From Okamejei kenojei (lineage: Eukaryota): a stretch of 64,000 nt of DNA. The first letter of the stretch is position 1, and each line of letters starts with the position of its first letter. A model generated the notes under the pieces. It saw nothing but the letters and a program-made list of their open reading frames with translations. It searched no databases and had not been told where the DNA came from. The DNA is taken from NCBI GenBank assembly GCA_035221665.1, contig CM069145.1, forward strand, positions 20,398,001 to 20,462,000. Direction: 5' to 3'. The position numbers and the translations under genes were made by a program. Below, piece after piece: positions 36,831-48,640 of the stretch.

Positions 36831-38759
36831 ACCTGCTCACCCTTGCCTGTCCTAAAATTGTCCCTTTATTTAATCTTGCACTTTTTTCAGCAGGGGGCAG
36901 AACATTGACTCCCCAGCCCAATCCTCGCTTGCACTCCATGCTGAGGCAGCGGGGTCACTCCTAACAGATTTTTCTCTGCCACAACTATGATGGATCAACA
37001 ATGTATGTCCTGACCCATTATGGACTAACTTCAACAATGGGAGGACCGCAGGGTCTTGTGAATCAACTAAAATCTACTGAGAATCAACTGAGTGGAACTA
37101 AAAGCCATATTATAGGTTTAGAGTATTGTCTGCAAGCTTTTGACACCACCTGTTAATGCTGAGCTTGGGGCATGAGGTGTGAGAGTGGGGGTGGTGTTGG
37201 CCATGGTAAACACTGCCAGTTGGCAGATTTTTCTTCTGGATCTACAGGTTTGCTGGGGCAGGTCTTCTGCCTACGTCATGACTACATCTCCATTTTAGGC
37301 CTGAGGACAATGTTAATGGTATAAAAATGGCTGCCATAACTCCTGCCTGCCAGCCTCCAGTTGTGGGCTGCGTGGATGTTGATAGCAGAGTGTTTGGACT
37401 GGTGCGCAGTGGTGGATAATAGCTGTGGGTATAGCGTGTTTAGCATCCTGGATGTGGACCCAGGCAAGTTTGATTTGTTTGTCATCATGAACCAATGAAG
37501 TCGATCGCTTGTACCTAGTTGCTGTCTGATGCTTTCCCACTCCTGACACAATTGCAAATAAGATGTCTCTTGTGACACATGTCTGGAGTTGCTGTTCATA
37601 TTTGTTTCCCCCAGCAGCATTGAACTTGTTTTCTTTTTTTTGAACAAGAGGAGAGTCATTGTACTCAATGTTTGTGTAGTTTTGTGGGGGCGGGGAAAGA
37701 CATTTTCATACATGTCCGTCAGGAGTCGCTCCCAAAAGACATTGCAAAGAAAGCACTTTGATTGTGTGTGTGGGCGCAATTAGAGGAGGCTCAAAACACA
37801 CAGCTGCTGGCTCTGCCTTCAGACCTTATTCCCAGTTGAACATTTTCCACACCTTCAACATGGGGTGAGGGATGTCAATATTATATTTTACTACCACCCC
37901 CCACCTTTCTTTCGAATTTGGAGTTTCCAAAACTAAAAGAAATGTGGACTTTAAATGGGTTTATTTTGGCAAACTGTAAATTATTAAACAGCCAAATCAG
38001 TGTGCTTAAAAAAAAATTGATTTGAATCGAAATTCCAATGTAAGGGATGTCACAGTTGGGACTTAGTAATTTCTGCAGCTGAGATCAGTAGATCAATGTT
38101 TAATCTGTTTATTTGCTAATATTGGCCAAGTTATTTCCAGCCTGTCCTCGGTGATTGCTGCAGTATACGACTTTGCACATTCACCATTACCTTTGCAACT
38201 CAGCAGGCCTGCAAAACCAATTATAATTTTGGCAATTATTATATTCTTTTATTGCTTTTTCTATTTGGCTTTATTTTAAAAGAAAGCACTGGACTTGCTT
38301 GAATAAGATGAATAATTTGAATCTGTAACTCAAGCTGTAACAGCTCGTTTGCAATGTGCTTACAATCTTAGAACTATCTGATTGTACTCCATGTCTGCAC
38401 AGCAAGCTATCAGCTTGCCTGTATAATAATTATTGAAAGGTTGAACACAGCCCAAGGAGCAGATGAATAAAAGTTACAAAAATACAAAGCTCCCCTGCAG
38501 CTTTCTTCCCACTACTACAATCCGTCTGACGTGAAACGTCACCTATGCATGTCCCCCAGAGATGCAGTGTGACCCACTGAGTTACTCCAACACTGTCTTT
38601 TTTTTTATCCAGCATCGGCAATTTCTTATGTTTACAAAGATACATGCTCTGCTCTCTTTGGGAAGACAAAGGTCCATCCTTGCAGCTAAGGGGCTCTCCA
38701 TTGTGTTTGTGGCATTACAAATGTTGGAGTCAGAACAGATTTGGCATCTCAAAAGCAGG

Positions 38760-40290
38760 CATCCATGAAGCACTGCGGACCTTCAACATTTACACCCCTG
38801 ATGATTGTAGCCTCATGGCCTGGTACTTTCCCTCAATCCACCATTTATTGTCAAGACAATGTCTCAACCCTAGTTCACTGAAGAGTGCATTCTGGATGTA
38901 ACATCAGATGTACCAAACGTTTATGTGGAACCTGCAATACAGAACCATGTGCAGAGTAAACAACAAAACCAGCATGCAATAGGTGAGTATAAGTGATCTT
39001 ACAACCAACGCATCAGATAGAAGCTCTGTTGACCTTCCACTTCTAGTCATGAATGGAGGTGAGCAATTGAACAGCAAACAGGAGGAGAAGGTTCAAGATC
39101 ACCCCCTTTCTCAGTGGTAGGAGCGGCAGCATGGGAGTGCTAAAGAAATGGCCAAAGCATTCACAATCTTATTCAATCGGGTGCTGAATGGAAGATCCAT
39201 CCAAGTATCCTCCTGAGATTCCCACTATCACTGAAGAAGGGTTTCGGCCCGAAACGTTGCCTATTTCCTTCGCTCCATAGATGCTGCTGCGCCCGCTGAG
39301 TTTCTCCATCACTTTTGTCTACCATTCCCACTATCACAACAGTCGGTGTTCAACCACTTGGATTCGCTCATCGTGATAACAAGAAACAGCTGAGAGCCCT
39401 GAATTCAGCAAAGGTTTTATGACCAGGCAAGATGCACTCCAGAACTTGCTGCACCTTCAGCCAAGCAGTTTCAATATAATTACAACACTGGCCATACAGT
39501 TTTCATCCAGTCATTCTACTCTCAATCATCAGCAAGTGATGGAAGCTATCATCAACACTAACGTTCTAAAGCCCCAGTTACTCACCAATAACCTACTCAC
39601 TGGTGACCAATTTGAGTTTGGACACTCGGCTCTGGGCAATCTTGAAACAATGAGCTGGCTAATGATGATCCACAAGGCATGATGGAATATTCTCCACTCA
39701 CATGGATGAGTAACTCATCAACTCACAAAAAGCTCAATGTCATGTTGGACAATATAGCCCACTTAATGACACCCCATCAGCCATACCAAGCATTCATTTT
39801 TTCCAGCATTGGTACACAATGGCTGTATTGAGCTGGCTGATGATGATCCACAAGGCACATGCTTGGAGCATGTGTTGGCTGTATTGTGTGCCATCTTTGA
39901 GATGTGCTGTGGTTCCTTGCCATGATCAATTCCCACAGCATCTTCCAAATCCGCAAAGAAAGAAAATGGCAGTAGATGTTTGGGAACGCAATCGTGCATG
40001 TTTAAACCACACATCATTCTGACTAGAGTAGATAGGGTATCTTGGTCAGCATGGGCAAGTTGGGACAAAAGGCATGTTTCCATGATAATATATGAGTGAC
40101 TTAGAAATGTATCACTGTTCCTTCATAATCACTTGGTTGAAATCCTGGAACTCTCTGCCCGACAACACTGCGGGGGTATCTATGGAGGAAGAGTTGTAGT
40201 GTATCAAGGCGGCAATACCTTTTTTGAAGGTATTTTGGATTGAGCAATAAATCCTGACCTTGCTAGAGACATCCAGATGCTGAAAGTGAA
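38760..40290 (+). mobile_element. Old CR1/L2-group LINE, fragmented, reaching its 3' end
   Basis: MEAIIN, LLTNNLLTGDQFEF and atggaatattctccactc (MEYSPL) remnants. The 3' end gagcaataaatcctgaccttgctag is at ~40243. Confidence 0.7.
39231..39323 (+). mobile_element. 93-bp hammerhead-core mini-element with 13-14 bp TSD
   Basis: ATTCCCACTATCAC at 39218-39231 and 39324-39337. Core CTGAAGAAGGGTTTCGGCCCGAAACGTT. Confidence 0.9.
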
Positions 40291-40813
40291 TATTTACAAA
40301 ATAGACAAATAGATATCATCCATTTATTGCAGACAAATTATGAAATGAGTTGTGAGCATCTGTTAGGCTGGCCCACATCCTCTGTTTGTGTGCTTTTAGT
40401 GAATGCTTTGCCCACGTGCTTTTTAGTGCATAGCTAAGACCCAGTCGATCCCCAGTCTTTGTTCGGTTGACTGATATCCTGAGGAGCACCAGGGTTCCCA
40501 CAATATTCCTGATGCACTTTCTGTTGCAAACAGTTTCCCACTTCACAACACTTGGATGACAACGAAACCAAGGACCAGATGTCAGCCTAGTTTCAGAAGC
40601 AAAGGGAGGGGAACTCATTGACAATGGAGGGATAAGAAACCGAGTCAATATTCAGTTTACTTCCACAGTGGCATTTTTGTATTTCTGCAAAATGGCGAGA
40701 GAAGTTATCAAGCCATGTTCTTTATCCTTATAGTGACACTGATGCAGTTACGAGGGAGTTGCCCTATAGTCGGCTGCCTGTTATCATCCTTCATGTTAAG
40801 TGTCTACTGAACT

Positions 40814-40907
40814 CTGAAGAAGGGTCTCGATCCGAAACGTTACCCATTGCTTCTCTCCAAAGATACTGCCTGTCCCGCTTAGTTACTCCAACATTTTGTG
40901 TGTCTAC
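40814..40907 (+). mobile_element. 94-bp hammerhead-core mini-element with 10-11 bp TSD
   Basis: CTACTGAACTC at 40804-40814 and 40908-40918. Core CTGAAGAAGGGTCTCGATCCGAAACGTT. Confidence 0.9.
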
Positions 40908-43900
40908 CTACTGAACTCATTTAATATATTTTACGAAACCCCTTCTGTAATTGTAAAATATATAATTGTTATAGTAGGGAATTCATTTTTTGAGAAGGAA
41001 AGCAAATGGGTGGCAATCCATCATGGGTTACTGCCAATAGGATTGCACCAGGTAGTGGCTGTGTACTGTGTGTTGATTCTAAAGCTCAATCCCACAACTG
41101 CATACATGGTGCTGTTGATAGTGTGTTGCATACAGAATACCAGTGCTGAACTCAATGCAAATTGAGCAAAATCATCTTTATTTCATTGCAAAGCTATAAT
41201 TTGCCACTGCAGAATAACTTGATGGTTCCCGGTACTAATACATTAACATATACATCACTGCCTCCCACCATCCCTACTGACAACAATACAAAGCATTAAA
41301 ACTCCAAGAAATATGAAACAATGGGAATATTGGCATCGTTCATTTAAATCTGTAGGTAAATCAGTCCATTTAAGTTCAGAATGTCAAGTGTTCACATATT
41401 GATTTCACGCTTTGTAGTTTGTTATCTGGATTTCTTTCGGACTGCATTGTGTATGTTTGATTGATTGGCAGGTGCGTCTCCCCATAATGTCCCTGTGCAT
41501 TATTCACATCTCTCCTTGTCACTTCAATAATTCCTCATGAAATGTTCCCTGATTTACTTGGCAGGCAAATAATCTGCTTCACGATCCCTTCCATTTGCAT
41601 TTGCAGCCCGTCTTTAAAATGCAAACTATTTTTATATCCCAGAATGAGTGCATCAGAATGATTCCAGGGCTTGGAATTCCTCTTGGCTTTCACGGAGTAC
41701 TCTTTCTTGTAACTTAACCAGGACCCATCAGTTTGCCTCATCATGACTGAGTTACAAGCTTAAGACATGCGGTGGCATGAAAAGACCATGCACTGTGCTA
41801 GCTCGATCATCAACTTATTAATGGTTTTCAAATGACCGAGCTGGTGAAAAATGCTGTCACTGTTTCCCTGGTTAATACAGTATCAAGTTGACTTATTTGA
41901 GTGAAACTGTATATATGTTGTATTTAGTTTTACCAAGAATCAACTTGTTTTGTTGCCATTCAAGGATGTGGATTGTGAAGATGTTCTGGATCTTTAAAAT
42001 AATTCTGTTCGTCTCCCAAATTGAATTATGTTCAGAGTTGAGGGAGAGTTTTCTGAGTTGATCGTTTTAATCTGTTTGCAGGCTTTTTGAATTAGTACGA
42101 TGGAGGGCAGTGAAAAGGTCTCTTGGATCTACATAAAAGTCTTTATTTAAATTAAACATTCATTATTTATAATGTTTTAAGGCTATAGCTGACTGTGTTA
42201 ACAAAATAATGAATCACTGTGATATAAATATATTCTGGTGGGTTGAACATGCCTTTGGCTTAAAATAGTTTATGATGAATAGCCTACACACTGATGGAAA
42301 TAATCATTGTGTCACATCAATCATTTATGAAACTGTGTTAAACAATTTAATTCCTATTTGGATGAATAAAGAAGCAGAGCCTTGCAGGTGATTATACTGA
42401 TGCCAGCAGGGCTAACTTGTTATATTGCCACGATAACAAGAACAATAACCAGATCATAAAAGCTCATGTTAATTATGGATAAGTGAGCCCTTTCAACCCA
42501 TCTTTATACATCCATCTGGGAAAGTTATGAATTGTCAATTGCAGCAACCAAACTTCTTCTTTGATATATTCCAGAGTTTATGTTCTGTATATTTTATCGG
42601 GAAATTCTGTTCATGTATTAATGATTCAACCGTTCCAAATTTAACCGAACCTGCTCAGTTAGAACAGGTTGGGCCAGGTCAGTCACAACATTTATCTTGC
42701 ATGTAATTTTAGTTGTGCACTAAATTTGGCATTTGATTGGAACCACCTCGTTCTCTTGATGGTTAGTAGAGGCAAGAGCCTGCGTTCGACAAAGTGCTGA
42801 ATTATATTTATCCACATGTACCATTTACTAAATTGAATATGTTGCAGCATGCATAGATTAGTCTTCTGCACCCCATAACCAAATTAAGACCCTTGAATCC
42901 AATAAAGCTTATTTGAAAACTGCAAATGAGAAAGACGGGCTGAATGATTTTCCTTATCTGTAATCATAAGATTTAATGGATAGCGTTTTAGCCTTTTGTT
43001 ACCGCAGTAATAGAATAGGTCAACACACTTCCATAATGGTATGCCTCTCATTTTTTCAATAGGAATTATTTAACCCAGAGTCATGAATGATTGATTTATG
43101 ATGCTTTTTTCTGTATTATTACTGTACTGAATAGCTTTAAAATCACCTCACAACAGTTTCCTTTGAAGGATAAGAGACTCAAATTGCTCCAGTCTTTCTG
43201 CATAATGCAGATTTCTGCAGCACCAATCCTGTGGGCACAGTTCTCATTCTGATACTTGTCATTGAAATGGGAGAAGCACCTTCTATGTCCTCATGTGAGC
43301 CTAAGGCCATTTACAGCTACGTCAGTGTTATGGGAGCATTTTTTTTAAAGCAACTTTAGACGAGGATACCATTCGAATGGCCCATGTGCTTGTTCACATC
43401 CACCTACAGGAATCAAAGAGGCCTTTGTTCAATCACACCAGCAGCTCCAGCAAAGGAGAGTTCCTGTCATTTTATTTACAACCTGCCCAAATTCATAAAT
43501 TGAGTTGAGACACTTGGCAGTAAGGCGTCCCACTGACGAGCCATACATTGCTCAGGCACGTTGGGACTTTTTAGGTAAAACGGTAAAGTTCAAAATGGGC
43601 AGTGTATGAAAATTTGCAGAATATGTCATGGACCTTTTGCAGGATGCTGACATCTCACATCACAATTAGCTCTTAAATATCAATGATTCTTTTGCTTTAA
43701 GTAAATAAATAAATAAGTAAGTTTATTGGCCAAGTATTCACATACAAGGAATTTACCTTTGTGCTCCGCCCACAAGTAACAACATGACATATGTCTAACA
43801 TGACATATGTTAACAATTGTCTAAAATCACACTGCCAAATTAATAAGAAAATCTTATTTTAAAGAACAATATATTTGTTGGCACACTTTGGTTCACAGTG

Positions 43901-44309
43901 GAACTGTTATCATTGAGATTTTGTGGTGAGGGGAACACAATGAATATTATGTTTTTTAAAACTTTTTGAGGAATAGCCCTTGTACCCAATTTCAGCAAAA
44001 TCAGGTTGAGCTTATTTGTTTTGGATAAAGATTGGGAGAAGCTCCCAACTGGCCCCATTCATCACTGCAGCACTGACAGTTCCAAGAATGAACTGAAATT
44101 GTGGGTGTCCCACGCTTGACCCATCCGTTGTGAGAGATATGTGGCTAACCGGATCCTTTTGGAGGTCATTCAATTAAACAGTACCATGGTGATAGGGCAG
44201 AGAGATGGAGGGGCAAGATGATCAAAGGCAAGGAGTGGAGTAGGAAGTGGCCAGACTATTGGATACAGTTTGTGAAGAACAATTTGTAAATGTATCAGAT
44301 TTTGTGTCT

Positions 44310-44680
44310 CTTTTGGTGTATCCAGAAGCACTTCACAACCAATGAAAAACTTGAGATGCAGTATATTAGAAATATGGTAGTCAAACTCAACAAACATCCG
44401 AGCGGTAATGAACAGAAACTCTGTTTTTAGTGATGTTTGTTGAGGGATAAATATCCGTCAGGACACGAGAGATAATTGGTTAAACGGTGATCATGCCCTT
44501 GTTCTTCTTTAATGTAGTGCCATAGGGTCATGGCCATCTGGGATGCTCAGGTTAGCATTTTATCTGAAAGCCGGTACCTTTGGCAATGCAGCTCCTCCTG
44601 AAGCATCGGCCTGGACTTTTGTGCTGAAGTGTCTGACTCGGAAGCAAGAATATTGGCTCCTATGCAGGACAGACAACGAG
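44310..44680 (-). mobile_element. Ancient Deu-domain SINE (SacSINE1/AmnSINE1-like)
   Basis: ctgtttttagtgatgtttgttgagggataaatat, gtagtgccataggg, atctgaaagccggtacc and ctgactcggaagc match the recalled inverse consensus. Confidence 0.7.
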
Positions 44681-45190
44681 AGTGAAGGAAGTGAAGAGTG
44701 AGGATTAGACGCAGAGTGGGGGCGGGGAAAGGTTGGGGGGAGCGAGCGGGTGATTGGACAATAAGAGGAAATTGATGGGGAGGGAGCAAGGACAAAGAAT
44801 CATACCAGGATTAGATCAGAGTGCAGGAGATAGGACAGGGGTGCACAGGATGTCAGATAGGAATGGGGAAAGGGAATGGGCTGTAGAGCAGACCAATGAA
44901 GCATCAAGTTGAGAAGGGGGCGGCAAATGAAGCCAAAGTGAACATGGACATTTGAAAGTTCATATTCAGCATTGATGCAGTGCCTGTATTTATCATTGAC
45001 TGGCACCTTGTAAGACTGAATTGCACTATTTATTAGTGGTGCCTGAATGTACATCAATAGTGCGATCTCAAGTAGTTATGTGCACATTGATGTTATGTTC
45101 CTTATAGTAAACATAGAAAATAGGTGCAGGAGGAGGTCATTCGACACAGCATGTACATTATTGACTTTTAAAACACAGGCTGCTAAAAAA

Positions 45191-45315
45191 TCTGAAGAAG
45201 ATCCCGGCCCAAAACCTGTCACCTATCCATTTTCTCCAGAGATTCTGCCTGACCTGCTGAGTTATTCCAACATTTTGTGTCTATCTTTCGTATAAACCAG
45301 CATCTGCAGTTCCTT
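45191..45315 (+). mobile_element. Degenerate Penelope terminal-repeat fragment
   Basis: tctgaagaag...gctgagttattccaacattttgtgtctatc...aaaccagcatctgcagttcc. Confidence 0.8.
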
Positions 45316-45572
45316 TTTTTAAATTACATTTTGACTGCTACATTGTTTGACCTGTGTTTCTTTCCATCCTGCTAATCACCTGTGCTCCCACAAGCCACAT
45401 GCCCTATTTGGTTGGGAAATATGATGGCCATAACTTTTATTTAGACAGTAGATTGAAATGATGATATACCAATCCATTTATAATGTTTCTTTCCTTAAGA
45501 ACTAATCCATACAGTGGAATCTTGGGTACAGTCTAATGAAACCTTTTTGTTTTGTTTGTTTGGAATAAAAAG

Positions 45573-46357
45573 AGGGTGATCGGTGGAAAGACCTCAACAG
45601 GAAGTGTCAAATTGACCTTGAGCAAACTACCAGTAATCTGGATCCACCTTGGACTTGTTTGACTGGCTCAGATGAGTATCAGGAGAATGCAGTCTGGCCA
45701 AGTGATGCAAGTACAACGTCTGCTGTGACCAGTTTAATCAAAGACCTCAGCCTCAGTGACTGTAGCAGCAACCCATCAGCACCTCCCAGCAAGCGGCAGT
45801 GCAGGTCGCTCTCATTTTCAGATGAGCTCTCCAGCTGTCGATCACCCTGGAAACCTAGTGGGTCAAAGGTGTGGACTCCAGTAGATAAACGGCGCTGCCA
45901 CAGTGGGAGCAGCGTGCAACATTTTTCCAACGGGGTGTCTACAATGCAGAGGAGCTCCAGTTTTAGTCTGCCTTCAAGATCCAACGTCTTATCTTTTCCG
46001 TGGGAACCCTTGGCAACCAGCAACAGATCAGCGTGCCCTCGGGGCCAGGGCTTCTGGACCCCGCCCACTTGTGGAAGGCCTGAGGATGACTTGCACCCCG
46101 ATTCCAGTTTGGGCGTGGCATCCAGGGTCGATCTGCTGCGGCCCCTTTCCGCATCTCACGAGCAGATATCTGTGCTGGAGCGCGGCAAGCCATCCACTAA
46201 TGCAGCAACTGCCCCGGTCTCAGACCACACACAGCAGGCCAGCCGCCTGCTCCGATGCAGGTCCCAGCCGTGTGTCCACAACGATCAGAAAGTTGGGATG
46301 AAGCGTCGGCGCCCGGAAGAACAAAGGCCGTCCCTTGACCTTGCCAAGATGACTCAG
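45573..46357 (+). CDS. FAM53B: FAM53B large internal coding exon (785 nt), (E)GDRWKDLNRKC...APPSKRQCRSLSFSDE...TMQRSSSFSLPSR...RSQPC...KRRRPEEQRPSLDLAKMTQ
   Basis: ORF 45659-46375 extends upstream without a stop to AG at 45571-45572. Phase-1 start is compatible with the previous exon (G|AG = Glu), and the donor is CAG|GTATGT at 46358. The FAM53B-type motifs PPSKRQCRSLSFSDE, SKVWTPV, QRSSSFSLPSR and SLDLAKM are present. Confidence 0.96.
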
Positions 46358-47026
46358 GTATGTGACGGACTGTAGGCTTAGGCTGACACTCATTTCCAAA
46401 TCCTCCCCTACCATTCCAAAATGGATGTGAAACAAACTGCAGTATTTTGAATTATAAACTACATACAACGAAGTAGATGCCACAGATCTCCATTAACATA
46501 AGCACATTAGGAGTGACTTGTGTATTTAAATTGTGCAACATGTAAGACACATGCAGAAATTGCTCAACCTTTTGATAAAATTACTTTAAATTTCCCAGGG
46601 ATTGTCATTCATCTGTGTGCACAATTACATTTTGACAGGACTGTAAAAGCTGATTGAAGAGAAACCGTGTAGGGATTAACATCCTTGTTTGAGCGCCGGT
46701 GTAGAATGGAAATGAAAGGAAAACTGTTCCAAAAATATTAATAACTTGCAACATTTCAGCCTTTTCATTCTGAGCTGATTTTAAATTATATGCAGCAACA
46801 TTTTATTCAGCCATTAACAGATTTTTTTTAACCTCAATCACCAGCAATCCTTTTCATGCTGCAATGTTCTAATTCTTTAATTCAGCTTTGGGGCTTCTTT
46901 GCAGTTCAACTCGTTCAAAGTTCTATATCCACCTGGATGTTTCTAAATCCAGTTTCTAAAATCCAACCTAAAATCCAACCTGCAAAGCAGGCAGGAGAGA
47001 TTGGAAGCAACTATCTAAAATCAAAG

Positions 47027-47116
47027 GGTACACAAAAGGCTGGAGAAACTCAGCGGGTGCAGCAGCATCTAAGGAGCGAAGGAGATAAGGCGACGTTTCG
47101 GGTCGAGACCCTTCTT
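47027..47116 (-). mobile_element. 90-bp Penelope-derived mini-element with complex target duplication
   Basis: Inverse aagaagggtctcgacccgaaacgtcgcc..., flanked by aaatcaaag on both sides. Confidence 0.88.
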
Positions 47117-47739
47117 AAATCAAAGATTGCAAAACACTCCCAACTATCTAAAATCAAAGATTGCAAAACACTCCCAAAACACTCAATTTATTGATGCTCC
47201 AGGCAACCCATAACTTGTTCTTGTGACGGTAAAAACTGTCATTCCACACTGCTTTCATCTTTAAAGAAAAAAGAATTCAGTATCATGTTAGTTTATTTAG
47301 CAAAATGTTACTAATGCCGTTTTCTACTTTTTTTTCACATTTGAGGATCCATAACATGCTTCAACTGAGGGAGTGAACCCTTTTGGAAACCTATTGTCTT
47401 TGTTATGTACCTAAGTAGATGATTTAATATCCTCTCCTTTGCACTTGTTGTTTCAACACACCAAACTCAGCACGTGCACTGATGAGCAAATTATTTTCTT
47501 TAGCACCTGAGCTGTTGATCAATTTTCTTTATAAAAATAAACCATGATTAATTCCATCACTTAACAAGCACTAAGAAGAGAGAGTTAGTTCCCTACTTTC
47601 TCTTTTGCTCTGCTCTGTCCTGCCCATGCCTCCATCTTTCCTCGCATCTTTTCTCTCTCCTTTCACCTCTTCCTTCTTGCCACCCCCCCTTCTTTCTGAG
47701 ACTCGTTCTCCACCATAGATATTCCAAGTGTACAGGAGT

Positions 47740-48640
47740 TGCCTACTGACCATCCCTGATTGATCTTGAGAAGGAGGTGATGAGCCACCTCTGAATATGA
47801 TGGTGCCATCATGCTCTTGAAAGGTCCAGGAATTTGACCCATCGCCAGTAACATAATGGTGATATATTTGCAAGTCAGGATAGAGTATAACTAACAGCGG
47901 AAACATGGTGGCATTTCCTGGAGCCGACCGAACTCCTTGCCGCAAGATCTCGTGGGCTTGAGAGGCTTGAAGTAATTGAGTTGGGTAACCACAATGATTT
48001 TTGTTGCTGGTGTACATGGTAATAAAGGAAACTAATATGTCAGGTGGTGTCCAGGGCGTAGCAAGCAGGCTGCTTTGTCCAGGATGGTTGAAGATTCATG
48101 AGTGTTATTGGAACTGTAGACATCCAGGCAAGTGGAGGGCACTCCATCACTCTCATGAAATGTGCAATCCAAATGGAGCAAAGGACATGAATACTATTGG
48201 ACGTTGAGGTATTGTTACAGGGTACCTTGGCTCTGACTTGAAAATGACCACAGTGTTCATGTTGCCGGTCCATTTATGTTGCTGGTCAGTGGTGACCTGA
48301 CACCCCGAGGAAATAGATGGTGTAGAACTTGATGATAATGTCAGTAGGTATATAGACACACATTTGCTGCAGATTGAGATCGCCTGGCAATTTTGTAGCA
48401 CAGATGTTACGTATTCGATATCAGCTCATATACTTGAATGCTCTCCAGGTTTTGACTGCTTCATTTGCTGACAAGTTGCATATTGTGCCTCATCAGAAAA
48501 AGTCTCCACTTCTGATCTGGTGATGATTGGAAGATCATTGAAGCAACTGAAGACCGCTGGGCTTAGTAGATAGTCTTGAGGTACTCCAGCAGTGTCCTTA
48601 GGTTGGGGTGGTTCAACAGACAATCTCAACTTTCCAAGTT
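47740..48640 (-). mobile_element. Old CR1/L2-group LINE fragment
   Basis: Minus-strand RVMECPPLAWMSTVPITL and GVPQDYLLSPAVFSCFNDLP remnants. Confidence 0.7.

Noticed and set aside
37130-37780. 165-aa minus-strand ORF
   Set aside because: No recognisable family motif; likely an old LINE remnant or chance ORF.
43781-43810. Tandem aacatgacatatgt duplication with GACATATGTC palindrome
   Set aside because: Real but small. It sits at the truncation point of a Rex1-like tail and adds nothing beyond the junction-scar findings.
45659-46375. Single-exon 238-aa gene starting at TTG 45659
   Set aside because: Homology extends upstream to the acceptor at 45572 and stops at the donor at 46358, so it is an internal exon. 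The overlapping ORFs in other frames are shadows.
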